The notes: a model not told the origin generated them from the letters alone. A stretch of 64,000 bases of DNA from Octopus bimaculoides (GCF_001194135.2 NC_068982.1:147579466-147643465), one strand, 5' to 3'. Shown: positions 12,978-26,503, numbered from the stretch's first letter. A program made the numbers and translations.

Positions 12978-14115
12978 TTAGGTTGGTCAAAAAGTCTGTT
13001 CTGTTTTTGCAGACTCTGAACTTCAAGCACTCTAAAAAGTAAACTTCAATCTGTCCCTTGCGCATAAGTACTCGTTAGATACTTGGTGTTTCAGCGCGAA
13101 CTTGCGACGAGACAGGTTGTATTTCGTCTGCTTGTGATCACCCTGTAAATGGAGATCAAAATGAACATTGTCAACCGCTGTTACAGAAAGGGCATACCAG
13201 AAGTGGTTTACAAGATTTCGACCGGGAAATATTTTAGTTCAAGATGTATCTCGCTTTGTCCGGCCAACTGAGGCTAACTGCGACACCAATCCCTGTTTTA
13301 CCATCAGAATGATTGCAGATATTTCCCAGCTATCAAAATCGAATGTTGAAAACCATCTTCATTATGTATGTTACGTCAGCTGTCGCTGTTTAATGACGCT
13401 AACCTCATACTACGGATTTCCATCAGAGATTCGTTGTAGAAACGAAGAAAGCCATAATCTTTTGAAGAGATTGTCAAGAGGAGACGAAACAGATCGTCTA
13501 TAACAATGTGAAGCAGAAACGATAATGGAGGAAGCACGGCGAACCACCAAAAGCAATCTCCAAAGCAGGAGTTCACATGAATTCGGTTATACTTTCAGTT
13601 TGGTGGGATTCGAAGGGTGTCATCTTTCATTGCTTCTTCTCACGGAGGGAACCATCAATTAGGATGTTTACTGTGACAAGCTGAGCAAATTAAACACGGT
13701 GATCGACCAGAAGCGTCCAGTACTTTTTAATCGTAAAGGCCTCGTACTTCATCATGACAATGTCAGACCGCACGCTTCTCTGGAGATGAGGCAGAAATTA
13801 CAGGGTCTTGATTGAGAAGTTTTATCGCACCCTCCATATTTGCCTTTAGATTTGCAACTGCTTCGATCTTTTCAAAATTCATTGAGTGGATAGACCTTCA
13901 AATCTGAAGAGAAAGTAAAATTTGACAAGGGATATTTTTCGCCAGTAAAGACGAAATTTTTTGAGCAGAAGATAATAGATCTGCCTAGAAAAGAGCAGAA
14001 AATATTGGAACGAAACGGTTGATTGAGTGAATCGCTTTGCGTTTAAAATTTCTGTCTTATTTTCGCTTAAAAAAACAAAACAAAACGAACGGACCTTTCC
14101 GTCAGACCAATACAA
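12978..14115 (+). mobile_element. Degenerate mariner transposon
   Basis: TA-flanked left TIR ttaggttggtcaaaaag (Hsmar1-like) and degenerate right TIR (ttccgtcagaccaatacaata). Frameshifted transposase motifs: AYQKWFTRFRPGN, WWDSKGVIF, LHHDNVRPH, EVLSHPPY. Confidence 0.85.
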
Positions 14116-15003
14116 TAGGAAAGTGAGTTCGTACAGAAAGCAGAAGAGACGTAAACCTCCAAGTGTTTTAGGAATATATAATGACTAAAGGAAGAATTAC
14201 TGAATAATAAGGAAGAAGAAAAAAAAGAAAAACGGAAATAGATATTAAAATAATGACATAATGATTATGATGATAATGATGATGATGACTACCATGACGA
14301 TGATGATACTGATGATGAAGAAGAAGAAGAAGATGATGATGATGATGATTATGATGATGATAATAACATATAAACGAGGACAATTTTCCTATTGCGTTAT
14401 ATTTTTCTTTCTAATTTTCTACTAAAGAATTAGCTTGCTGGTATTTTGCAATAATTGCATCACTGCAATTAATGATTCCAATAACACGCCTTAATTGGCT
14501 AACTCAAGAAATAATGATGATAGCGAATAAAAATGGCAAGACAGACAAATAGCATGAAGATAATGATGATGATCAGAATGATGATGATGATGATGACTAT
14601 CATAAGGATGATGATGATGATGACTATCATGAGGATGATGATGATGATGATGATGACTATCATGAGGATGATGATGATGATGACGTCGAGGATTTCTTGT
14701 ATGTACAACAGAGATCATATTTAAGTAGTAGATAACACACAAGATTATATACGTGTGTGTGCGCGTGAGTGTCTGTGTATGTATATGTGTGTGTGTGTGT
14801 GTGTGAGAGAGAAGGAGAGAAAGAATGTGTGTGCATGTGAATATGAGTGTATATTTGTGAATACTTGTCAGATATAACAGATACATGTGTGTGTGAGTGT
14901 GTGTTTGTGGTGCATGTATAAAGAAAGTGTAAGATAAAGAAAGGGAGAACCAAAGAAAGAGAGAGAGACAGAGAGACAGAGAACGATATAGAGAGATAAA
15001 GTG

Positions 15004-15056
<53 letters not shown>

Positions 15057-16124
15057 TGTGTGTGTGTGTATGTACAAATATGTATATATATATATATATT
15101 TATATATATATTTATATATATACGTATATACATATATGTATAGATAGATAGATAGATAGATAGACGAAGTGGGGGAGAGAGGCTGATAAATGGATTCCTT
15201 AGCATAGTGCATATACAAAAAGAAAAGACATGGAATAAAATTATTTCATGTAGAATCGCCATCAAACTGGTATTTTACATAATATTGTTGCTCTATACTT
15301 TTCTCTTTTATCCTCTTATTTCCTTATTCCGATATCTTACTGACAATTATGCGTCCTTGCCGCTACTGTTCTTTTCTTCTCTCTCCTTCATCATCATCAT
15401 CATCGTTTAAAAAAAATTCTCCTATCATCCTACAGTAGAAATTTCCTTTCGTATATAAGCGTGTATCATCGTAAAAGAGTTAGTATCAGATAGAATAGCC
15501 GACAACTAACATAATGTAACCTAAAATTTTCTTTTCTCTTACATTTCTTCAAACTTAATTATCTATTTACTTATTCCTGATAAAGGGGACATTATCAGTG
15601 TGAAACTAAAGGATTCCTAACTTGTTGACTAATGGACCCCAGAAACGATCGTCGAATTACTTCATATATGGCGTTATAACCCTCTATAAACATTTCTTTG
15701 TAACTCCTCTAAAATTAAATCCATCATCAAGATTTCTCACTACCAACTTTTAATCCTTAATTCAACGCTTTTAAATCTTAAATTGAATACGATTTTTAAT
15801 CGATATATCACTCTTTATTTATTTATTTATTTATTTGTCCTTTTCACGTATATTGTTACCTCATGTATTTGTTATTTCCATTCTCAATAATATATTGATA
15901 TGTTCCTTGTCTTGGTGTATTTATTGTGTTATATGTATTTATTATGTTAATGTAAATCATAACAATAGGATGATTATCTAAATTTTGTCGCTTCTTAAAC
16001 CAAGTTATAAGATAAATATATATATATGTATATATAATGAATAATAAAACAAAATTCTCGTATATTCCATCTTCTGTCTTTCATTTGCTACGCACACACA
16101 CACGCATGTATGTATTTGTGTATC

Positions 16125-16435
16125 TGTCCTCCCACCATCGCTTGACAACCGACGCTGGTGTCTTTGCATCCCCGTAACTCAGCGGTTCTGCAACAGAAAC
16201 GGATAAAATAAGTACCTGGCTTATAAAGTATAAGTCCTGGGGGTCAATTTGTTCGACTAAAGGCGGTGCCCCAGCATGGCCGCAGTCAAATGACTGAAAC
16301 GAATGAAAGAATAAAAGACCGATAGAATAAGTACTAGGCTTTAAAAATAAGTCCTTGGGTCGATTTGTTCGACTAATATCAAAGGCAGTCCCCCAGCATG
16401 GCCGAAATCAAATGACTGAAACAAGTAAAGGATAA
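16125..16435 (+). mobile_element. SINE family C/D 3' module with a tandemly repeated distal part
   Basis: ccaccatcgcttgacaaccg...taagtcctggggtcaatttgttcgactaaaggcggtgccccagcatggccgcagtcaaatgactgaaac; the distal ~115 bp is repeated immediately after. Confidence 0.8.
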
Positions 16436-16878
16436 AAACACATTTAATTTTAAAAGACGGAATAAAGTTGCAACATTTCCGTAAGAGATGTCGGTGTACT
16501 GGCGAAATGTTTTAGAGCGTCTTGCAGTATCATATCCAATTATTTGTGCGTTGTTCTGAAATTCTGTCTCGGGATTGAAATCTTGCCGGTGGCTAGGTCA
16601 AATTATCCGTCTAGAGGACCAAAATTGATTACGAGAATAATTACAGAGTCTGAAATGTGGAGTGAAATATGGTGTCTACAGCATAAAATCTTCAGTCCGT
16701 TATTTAACCGACAGATGCCAAAAATATATTACAGCATATTTAAAATGTCTGAAAACATGGTGCGTCTACACACTTCTAAAGTAAATATACTTGAATTCCC
16801 GCTTTTTTATTTACTTAACAGAACCTATTCACATCTGTGGTATATGACTTGCTTTGTGGAAGATATATCGATAGGATA

Positions 16879-16950
16879 GTGTCTTGGAGAAATTTCGAAC
16901 CTGGGATCTCATTCCTAAGGTATTTTTCGATATTATTATTATTTGACCTG

Positions 16951-16996
<46 letters not shown>

Positions 16997-17150
16997 TCGA
17001 AAAATACCTTAGGAATGAGAACCCAGATTCGAAATTTCCCCAAGACACCTGATGAAGGCTAGAGAGTATATCAGCTGAAACGTGTTAACAGCAAACAAGA
17101 TGAGGACAAATATCCGTCAAATGTGAATAATGTAAATAATGTACGAGTGT
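16879..17150 (+). mobile_element. Penelope-like element remnant: inverted terminal arms plus hammerhead-like core
   Basis: Arm 16879-16943 is the reverse complement of ~16985-17048 around an (AAT)n loop. The right arm runs into CTGATGA (17049-55), then a stem, then GAAAC (17077-81). Confidence 0.6.
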
Positions 17151-18077
17151 TACTGTTCCAAGTTCCAAACAAGCTGCAAGGATCTCATATGAAAGTATGA
17201 AATTTTCTATCTACCTATCTATCTATCTATCTATAGTGGTGTGGTAAGGAGCCAATGATATAGACTACTGTTTATCATATATGTTATACACGCGCGTGCA
17301 TGCACACACACACACACTCACACAGACTAATATAAAACTAGAAGAGTCGTGTCTTCAGTACTNNNNNNNNNNATATATATAAAGATAAGATCCAAAGATC
17401 AGAGAATTTGAGTGACAAATTTGTTCTTTTTCTAAGATAATACAATATAATTTGATGGCAATTTGACTGCTACTTCTAGCGTTTCGAGAGGTCACATAGA
17501 GATTCTTATGTTGATTTGTCTCTTCTTGGTCGAAAGAGCAGTTAAATTTTCAAATCATAATCTAACATTTTTAAAAATGGAAAACATATCGATGCCCAAA
17601 ATCTGTAAAGAGAAGATCGAGATAATGACGGTTTTAACGTATTCGGGCATAAGACAGCTGAATCAGGTCTGCTGCTAGCTTACGGTTGATCAATAAGAAA
17701 TGGTATATTTTACCGTCCAATTTTGATAAAATATAGAAATAAATTATGTCTATTATTATTTTTTTAAAGTCAACATAATGTTAGTTATAAAAATTGATAA
17801 CATAGTTTGATGATAACCAAGTAAAAATACAAGCCACCGACATGTAAGATTAATCTTTATAACTTACATTGCTTAGTAATTAACAACATGTACATTTATC
17901 AATGCTTCATGCAATCTATGTTACCGTTGATAAAAATAAATTAAGACAATTCAAACTGTTTTAAAACTCAAAAATTCAAGTTCTAAAACTCCAAAAGTGA
18001 ACGACGAAACCTATCTAGTTATATTCAAATAACACGTACCAAACTGTCTTGGCACAATTGAATATCTTATAATATTA

Positions 18078-18291
18078 GTTTCGAATTGGGGCACAAGGCC
18101 AGCAAGTTCGATGGAGAGGTAAGTTGACTACAGCGACTCAAGTGTTCATTCTGGCACTCTTTTTATCGACCCCCGAAAGGATGAAAGGTAAACTCGACCC
18201 CGGTGGAATTTGAACTCAGAACATAAAAACGGATGAAATGTCGCTAAGCATTTCTCCCGGCGTGCTAACGATTCTGCCACCTCGCTGCCTT
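18078..18291 (-). mobile_element. SINE family A copy
   Basis: Complete head, B-box and central domain in reverse orientation. Confidence 0.85.
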
Positions 18292-19190
18292 CGAGTATCC
18301 TAAAATATTAAATGTAACTTAATTTCACTGTAGAGTCTAAATATTTCGGCTCTAATAGGGAGTGTTGCGACTATTTAATGATGTGCCCAGCCCTTTCTCA
18401 AGTCGGCAATAAAGCATTGACAAATTCATTGTGCTAAATATGTTTACTAATTAATCACATTTAGCATATGCTGGCTTGATTACACCGGTCATTATCATAT
18501 CTAATTACATGATAATGTGTCAGTAGGTCTTTTTTTTTATTGAACTGTTACTCCATGCACACCATGAAGGAGGGGTTACTGTATTCTATGGGGATCTGAC
18601 AAATGGGAGGGATTTTTAAGCTATGCATGGGCTATTTATTGGACCAGTTGTTGGTTATGGTTGAATATTTTCTTTTATATCTGAGGGTGGATTCCAATTT
18701 CCCCGATTCGTTTCGTGTGTCTTGTAAGACATTTCACCGCTCAGGCATCGCACGTACACACATACATAAATAAATACGCATATGCACACATCTATGTCTG
18801 CATATGTGTGTGTGTATACAAACTAATACGTATACAAGCATACATACGAATATGCATGTTATATATAAGTTCCCACACATTCTGCAGAAGTCCGTTGCAC
18901 TTGTGCGGTATACATTCTTATTGGTATATATATATATTCTTCTTCTTATTATTATTATTATCATTTCACTTCTCAGTGTCCTCGTTTTCACTTACTCCGG
19001 TAAATTTAGTGAGAGCGGACAACAACCCGTTGTTAAGGGTTTCAGAGGATCTCTTTCTACGAAGCTTCAACATCCAAGTCTCAAGCAGTTAGAATAAGAC
19101 ATAAGAAATAGTGCTACAGCGAAGCACCAATGTTATTGACTGCTATTTCCAGCAAACATCGGTGCATCGTTGTACCACTATTTCTTATCC

Positions 19191-19230
<40 letters not shown>

Positions 19231-19593
19231 CTGACTACGTGCCATCAATGATGCGGGCTAATTGTTGTATTTTATATATAAATAAGGTACAAAATAAGAC
19301 ACAATAATCAGACAGAAACATTCACACACTTCCCTTCTACACGCACACACACAAACCTATATACTCACACAGAGTTGAAACACTGATGTTTTTTCACCCC
19401 TTCCTTCCCTATTCATCTATCACTCCTTCCTTTCTGTCATTGTTGTCACTTTCTTTCACTACATCTCTCACTACTTCTCCTTCACTGAATTACTATTTTC
19501 TCTCTTCCTCCGCGTCCAGCGTGATTTTGGACAAATATATATATACAAATATATAAAAACACTATGCTCATTATTATATTAGACTATATAGAT

Positions 19594-19793
19594 AAGGTGG
19601 CGAGCTGGCAGAAACATTAGCACTCCGGGCGAAATGCTTAGCGGTATTTCGTCTGTCTTTACGTTCTGAGCTCAAATTCCGCCGAGGTCGATTTTGTCTT
19701 TCATCCTTTCTGGGTCGATAAATTGCGTACTGGGGTCGATCTAATAGACTGGCCCCTCCCCAAAATTTCGAGCCTCTTGCTTAGAGTAGAAAA
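19594..19793 (+). mobile_element. SINE family A copy (tail type 1)
   Basis: aaggtggcgagctggcagaaac...gagctcaaattccgcc...gcttagagtagaaaa. Confidence 0.85.
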
Positions 19794-19916
19794 CATTATA
19801 TATANNNNNNNNNNNNNNNNNNNNNNNNNNNNNNNNNNNNNNNNNNNNNNNNNNNNNNNNNNNNNNNNNNNNNNNNNNNNNNNNNNNNNNNNNNNNNNNN
19901 NNNNNNNNNNNNNNNN

Positions 19917-19949
<33 letters not shown>

Positions 19950-20049
19950 CATGTACGTATATATACGTTTACACATATGTATGAAAATAGAAATAAGAGG
20001 TGAGATATAGTCACAAATACATATCTATATTATACGTGCTTATCTTTTA

Positions 20050-20462
20050 TCTGTGGCCATTCTCGGGCACCGCCTTGAAGAACGTTTAGTCGAATGATGC
20101 GACCTCAGTACTTTATTTGTTTTAAACCTGGTACTTATTCTATCCTACTCGTTTTGCTGAACCACTAAGTTACGGGGAGGTAAATAAACCAACACAGGAT
20201 GTGTAGGGGAGAAACACAGACACAAAAACACACACACATTATTCTCTTATTCCTTTATTCTTTAATTAGCTTCACTCATTCGAATGTGGCCATGCTCGAG
20301 CACTGCCTTGAATGGCGTTAGTCAAACAAATCGACACCAGGACTTACTTTTAAGCCTAGTACTTATCTTATCAGTCTCTTTGCCGAGCCACTTATTTACG
20401 GGAAGGTAAGCACACCGACACCGTTTGTCAAGCGGAGATGGGGAGACAAACACAGACACATA
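20050..20462 (-). mobile_element. Two adjacent SINE C/D 3' modules
   Basis: Two copies of gtggccat-ctcg-gcac-gccttgaa...agtac...ttattctatc...gttacgggga, each ending on + in a (CA)-rich stretch. Confidence 0.75.
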
Positions 20463-21449
20463 GATATATACATGTGCATATATTTATGCCGAGCATTTCG
20501 CCCGGTATGCCAACGTTCCTGCCAGCTCGCCGCCTTTTTTGTAAACAAATAATACACTATTACATAAGCATTTAATAAGCATTTTATAATGTTTCTTTCT
20601 TTTTTGGAAACACGCAGCATACCGGTAGCCGATGGCTCGTGGACCGGCACCGGTCCACGGGCCACGACTTTGAGTTGCCCTCATACATTGGGACTGAATT
20701 TAGAACCATGAGGTTGGGAAGTAAGCTTCCAACTACACAGATACGCCTGCACCGTTTGTATGTTAATCTCAAATCTCATCAGTTATATAGAAGCTTAAGA
20801 TTGACTCAAATAATATTTAAATGTTTTAACCCATTCCGTGATATTTCATGGAATATTTCATGGAATGCAAATTAACTTTCTTTTGATATTTTTATCTCTT
20901 TGTTTAACATCATTAAAAATAAAATGTAGATGACAATTTATTATAATTTCATATATTTTTTAAGAAACGATCTGGTTGAACTATCGATATCTCTAAAATT
21001 TCACATGTTCATAAACTGTAATATTTCCTTCCACATTGGTTTTGCAGATTTTATAATTGACCATTCCTAGCCATACGGAAGGATTTTAGCCTTAGCCTTC
21101 AAATTGAACATATATTAGTCAACGAATTTGAGAATTTTAAGAGCACCATTAAAAAATTAGTGACAGTGCAAGTAATACCTTTGAAAATATGTGATTTAAC
21201 AATATAGTTAGAGTCTATGTTACAACGTTGGCTATCGGCAATAGCTGGCTGAGGGCAATTTTCTTTCACCTTAAAATTACGTAGAAGCATATTAGGATTA
21301 GTCAAGGATAGGTTTTAGCGTTAGGTAATTTAGAGTTAACTTTAGAAAAACAATTATTATTTTCCTCTTTTTGCTTTCATTATTTTAAAATTGAAATTGC
21401 AGTTTTACATGCTACGTTAAATTTTTTCATGGATATTATTATCATTATT

Positions 21450-21653
21450 GGCGGCAAACTGGCAAAATCGTTAGCACGCAAGGCGGTATGCTTAACGGCA
21501 TTCTGTCTGTCTTCACTTTCTGAGTTCAAGTTCCACCATGTTCGACTTTGCCTTTTATCCCTTCAGGGTCGATAAATTAAATTACCAGTTGAGTCCTGCA
21601 ATCGACGTATCTCCTCCCCCAAATTTCAGGCTTTGCACCTATGGTAGAAAGGA
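21450..21653 (+). mobile_element. SINE family A copy
   Basis: ggcggcaaactggcaaaatcg head, gagttcaagttcc B-box, and an (ATT)n tail. Confidence 0.8.
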
Positions 21654-21809
21654 TTATTATTATTATTGTTATTCCTTCGTAACATAGTGTAAGTAATATA
21701 TGCACCGGAGTCTTTAGTCATCCGTCAAGTCACAACAAGAACCTCAGACATATAACACTTTTCTTAAGATGTGCACTATGCCCAATAAAGCTGTTTGGTG
21801 AAAGACATC

Positions 21810-23940
21810 AATCTTGCAGAGGATTTCCAGTTGCTTTAAGAGGTATTTATTAGCGAAAAGGCTGGCGCTTGTCATCGATAGCCAAGTCGGAGAAGTGCAA
21901 ATGTGCGCACTCCCGAGCAGGTCTATCCACGACTACCTCCACGACTACCTCCACCTTATGCGATACATCAAAGAAAAGGCTGGGACCAAAGCTGGCTTCG
22001 AGGGTGTTCTGATTAATTTGGATCATTCAAAAGCATTCGATAGGGTTGACCATCGCTACTTGGAAGCCATCCTGAAAGCAGGCGGTTTCGGACGTATTTT
22101 CAGAGGCAGGATCGCTGCAATGCACAGCGGCACCTGTCCAGTGGTCAAAGTAAACGGCCACCTATCAGAACCGTTTGACATCGCATGCTCGATCCGTCAG
22201 GGCTGTCCACTGTCACCTCTTCTGTATGTGTTGGCACTCGAGCCACTGCTGCGGAAGTTGGTACAGCTAAGGACCATCCCTTTCAAACTGGGATAAGGAA
22301 GGGCAATGTCAGCATACGCAGACGACGTCACCGATATGATATCGGGCGCCTCCGAATTGGAGATAGTCGGCATCATCCTAAAAGGATATGAGTCGGTTGC
22401 AGGAGCTAAAATCAACGCCGACAAATCGGTGGTTTTGCGGTTGTCTTCCTGGGGAGGCATGACGATACCATCGGACCAATTAAACTGCTTGGGGTCTGGT
22501 GTGGTCCTGACTTTCAGGTGGATAAGAACTGGGACGAGGTGGCGAACAGGGTGGCCAGTCTTACCCAAAAATGGATTGAGATGAAGCTATCCCTGAAAGG
22601 TCCGGCAGAGTTGGCGAATGCTTACATTGCCTCCGTTATTATTTATCGCCTGACCGAGGTGCTTTGTCCCGGTTATAGCTTGACCAGGTGGGAGCGTCTC
22701 TTATTAAAATTCTTGTGGAAGAGACGCGTTCAAATGATTAGGCGGTCAGTTTATTGCCATCATCCTCTGAGTAGCGGATTAAGTATGCCGTTGCCACTAA
22801 TGCGCAGACACGCTCTTATGTTACGCCCCCTGGAACGATTTCGAGCGTGAGTGGGCTCCGTTTGTGAGGCTCGTCTTTCCACAGCTCGTCTACTTTCCGA
22901 AGCTGCAGTCTGGATGAAGAAAAGACCGAAACTGGGCCCCTGTCACCTAGAATGTTGTCAGATGCTCACAGCCTTCTATAATAGGCTCGGTTGATGTTCG
23001 GCTTCAGAAATTTATAGAAAATTAATGTCGGCGAAGTGCGACGATGTTCTCGGGGAGATTCTGAGCAACGAAAACAAATTGGCTAGAAAACAAACTGACT
23101 TTCCGGTCGGAAGCTATCATGGATAATTTCCAGTTGGCACTGGCCTGGAAGTGCTACCAGGGCGTGTGGGTGGACGCTACCGGTTTGAGATAAAATCTAT
23201 AGGTTCAGATGTGCTATCAGACGGACTTTTCTGAGGTGCACGCAAAGTGACGAAACCATTTTGCACGCACTTGCTCAGTATCCGGGCATTGTGGGGTTAT
23301 GTCGAACAGCTGCTGTTGAGTGGGGCACGGATCCGTCTGTCGGTCGAGTCTGTAGCGATGATTGGACCGCCGTGCTTCTTCAATCGGACAAGCAAGGCAG
23401 TTTTCCTTTGCCTGGTGGCTGTAGCGAAGGAGGTTTTTGTTGGACAAGGCTGAAAGGCATGAGGACTGATACATTCGGCTTTGGTAGAGCTCTCATTGAC
23501 TTCTTCCAGTTTCACTTGACAAGGAAATTGAGAGTGGAGAGGGAAGTGCTTTCCTCGAGTGAATTTATGGAAAGGAGGGTGAAAGTTGCGAAGATGGCAA
23601 GGGTGAACGGTATCTCCCTAAGTGTAGACCTGTGAGTCGGAGAGAAAGAATTGGAGAGGGAACTTGCAACTAGTGTTTCAGGGAAATCTCAGACAGTGGG
23701 GTTCCTCGATTATCCTTAGAGGCCTTCCTATATCGGGCGGGCCACATCTCTATCATCCTCTCTGCCACTGTTTTTTTTAACCTCTGTATACTATAGATAT
23801 GTCTCTTCTTTTTCAGTGTATATCGTGTATTTTACTTTTATAATTTCATTATATGTAAGCCACTACATTTTATGTCTGTCTTTGTATTGTGCATCCCGCT
23901 CTCCCCACCCAACTTTCGCCATTGTAGCAAATAAATGAAT
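21810..23940 (+). mobile_element. 5'-truncated, decayed Tx1/L1-type non-LTR retrotransposon
   Basis: RT motifs LDHSKAFDRVDHRYL, SIRQGCPLSPLLYVLALEPLL, AYADDVT and GAKINADKS across frameshifts; C-terminal knuckle-like LRCTQSDETILH; 3' UTR ending near ataaatgaat. Confidence 0.85.
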
Positions 23941-23944
23941 CATT

Positions 23945-24500
23945 TATGCTGGGTATGATGGTAAGTGTCAGCTGTCCACAAGCCAGCAGACTAAGGCGAC
24001 ACTTGTTTACTGGTCATGATTCAAGAAGCCTGTGAATAATTCTTGCAGCTCCAAGCAATGCTACCAACTCGATCATTTTATATCCTGTAGGTGCAAGGAC
24101 TGAGCAACTGGCAACAATGTGGTCAATACTCTCCAATTTGTCATTGCAAAGTCTACAATTTGTGTCTACCTCATTGTTTGTGACATTAACAGGGTAATTA
24201 CGAGAGAGGAGACTCTGAGCTTGTACCGCTAGGATAACTCCTTCTGTTTCTTCTTTCAAATCAACACTGCAGCCACTGCTGAGTTCTCATATCTACATCA
24301 GCTGTCCCAGCTCGATTGGGGTATTGTCCGTGCAATGGTTTTTCTTGCCACAGTCTCAATATTACCTACAAGCTTTCATGTTTGGTCTTTGTTTTACACA
24401 TTTTTGCTGCCTTAGTGTGTGGTGCGTCCTCCTTATCATCATAACTATAAAGGTTAAGCGCTCATCTATTTTTATATGCCTCCTTTGAGACTGATTGCAG
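23945..24500 (-). mobile_element. R4/Dong-like LINE fragment (zinc knuckle joined to the C-terminus by an internal deletion)
   Basis: ETEGVILAVQAQSL...CRLCNDKLESIDHIVASC...ALLGAARII. Confidence 0.75.
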
Positions 24501-24559
24501 TTTCTTACTATGTTTGTATTGCTTTACCAGAGGTGAACTATTCAAAATCCAAAGATTAA

Positions 24560-24812
24560 CTCTCAACACATGACTATGATACACCTCCACTACTCCTGCG
24601 CGTGATCAGAGATGCATGTATCGTCAGTCGCTAACTGGTCATCATCATCATCATCATTATTATTATTATCAAGCAACTGACAAGCTAATCTGTGGTGTTG
24701 AGCAGAATATTTGCTGTAGCCCGTCTTTTACACCAAGTCAAAAACATGTACATGATAACACTTGTTATCAGTTAAGATCAGAAGCCATGAGAGCCACTGC
24801 CTGGTGGTACTA
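24560..24812 (-). repeat. Unclassified dispersed repeat, partial copy of the 42228-42775 element
   Basis: Reverse complement ccaggcagtggctctcatggcttctgatcttaactga...gggctacagcaaatattctgctcaacaccacagatt matches 42235-42370. Confidence 0.7.
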
Positions 24813-25039
24813 CTACTACTACTACTACTACTATTATTATTATTATTATGATTATTCAGTAGCCCTTTTTTTATCACGTGCATTCACTGCACTACCGAGC
24901 GCAGGTCTGTGTGCTTTGGATATGTGCTGTGGTTTGTTGTGGTGCTCTTATTTTCACTGTATTTAATGTGTTTTACGTAGGATGTGAACAGTGCCTAGTA
25001 ATGCTATATTCTGTATGTTATATATACTTGTGTGTCCTG

Positions 25040-25862
25040 GCGTTTTCTTATGTATTTGTTTGAATGTCTTTTTATTTTATTTGTGTGTTTGTCAGCTTCC
25101 TTAAAGATTGAAAACAGTTTTGTTTTATTCGTGTTTTGTGGCTGTTTGTATTAGTTTTCATTGCTTCTGAAGTAGGCACTTCTGTAGTCCTATGGTCCTT
25201 ATTTTGTAATAGTTTTCTAACTGTATAAGGCCTCTACTACCTTCAATATGTTGTATATATAGCCTTTCTATGTCAGATTTTGGGTGGTGCATCCCAAATA
25301 CTGTCATTATTATTCTTGTTTTCCTGTCTATTTTGATTAGTTCATTTGGAGTCCAGTTAAGAATATTGTAGCTGTAGTTTATTACTGGAACGGCTAGAGT
25401 GTTGATACCTATTATCTTGTTCTTCGCATTGAGCTCTGTTTTCAGTATTAATCTAACTCATCTATAGTATTCCTTTTTTATCTTCTCTTTCATCTGTGTG
25501 TGTTGTATCGTATCTAGTTCATTGATTCCTAAGTATTTGTATATCTGACTTTCGTCTAATTCCCTTATTTCATTTGTTTTATTAACTGTGATGTTGTTGC
25601 TCTTAACTAGGTTTCCTCTTTTCCCCTTTCTAAGCCAAATTTCATGCTCATTTCTTTGGTAAATCTACTTACTGTCTGTAGCAATGTTTCCAGCTGTTTA
25701 ACATTTGTAGCATACAGTTTTAGATCATCCATATGCAAGATATGGTTGAGCGTTTTACCGTAACAGTTGTATCCACATCTATTTCTGTTTAGCCCGTCAG
25801 ATAAAAGCGTCAGTGCCAAGCAGAAAAGGAGTGGAAAGAGCGCGTCTCCTTAGAATATTTAT
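25040..25862 (-). mobile_element. R4/Dong-like LINE reverse transcriptase fragment
   Basis: GDALFPLLFCLALT, LNHILHMDDLKLYA, YKYLGI, MHHPKSDIERLY. The 25040-25180 segment is homologous to ~49000-49140. Confidence 0.85.
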
Positions 25863-25889
25863 CACCATCATTATTATTATTATTATTAT

Positions 25890-26503
25890 CTTTCAATTCT
25901 GTTTCCATTTCTTGCCGAGTGTCTTCCTGACACCTATGGCAGGGGAACGCACTGTATAGACTGGTAGGCCATTAAAATAAACACATTAGATTGTTCATTT
26001 ACAAAGTCCTGTGATAAAGAAAAAGAGGAAGCAGGACAGAGAGAAAAAGAAAGAAATAAAAAAAATAAAAGGTAAACAGAAAATAAAGGGGAAAAAGAGA
26101 AAGAAAATTCACGACGACAATGCTCCTCTCAATACGTGTGACGTATCAGTTAAAACAAACTTTTGCACTTCCTGCATGGATGGTAAGCCAGGGATGATTC
26201 TTAAATAATTTTCAGTTCCGTTTTTGTTCATTCCAAGTGCTCCTACAATCACTGGTATTGTAAACGTCTTGAGATGCCACATCTTTCCGATTTCGATTAG
26301 CAAATCTTTATATTTTCTGAGCTTATCAAATTCTTTTGCCGAGATATTATGGTCACAGAGTCACATGGTATGCTCATGTCATTCAATAAACAGACTTTAT
26401 TGCTTTGATCTTTCACAACAATATCTAGCTTATTTGCTTGGATGATCCGATCTGTACATACTGGAAAGTCCCAAAGAACCGTTACATAATCTCCCTCAGG
26501 GTG

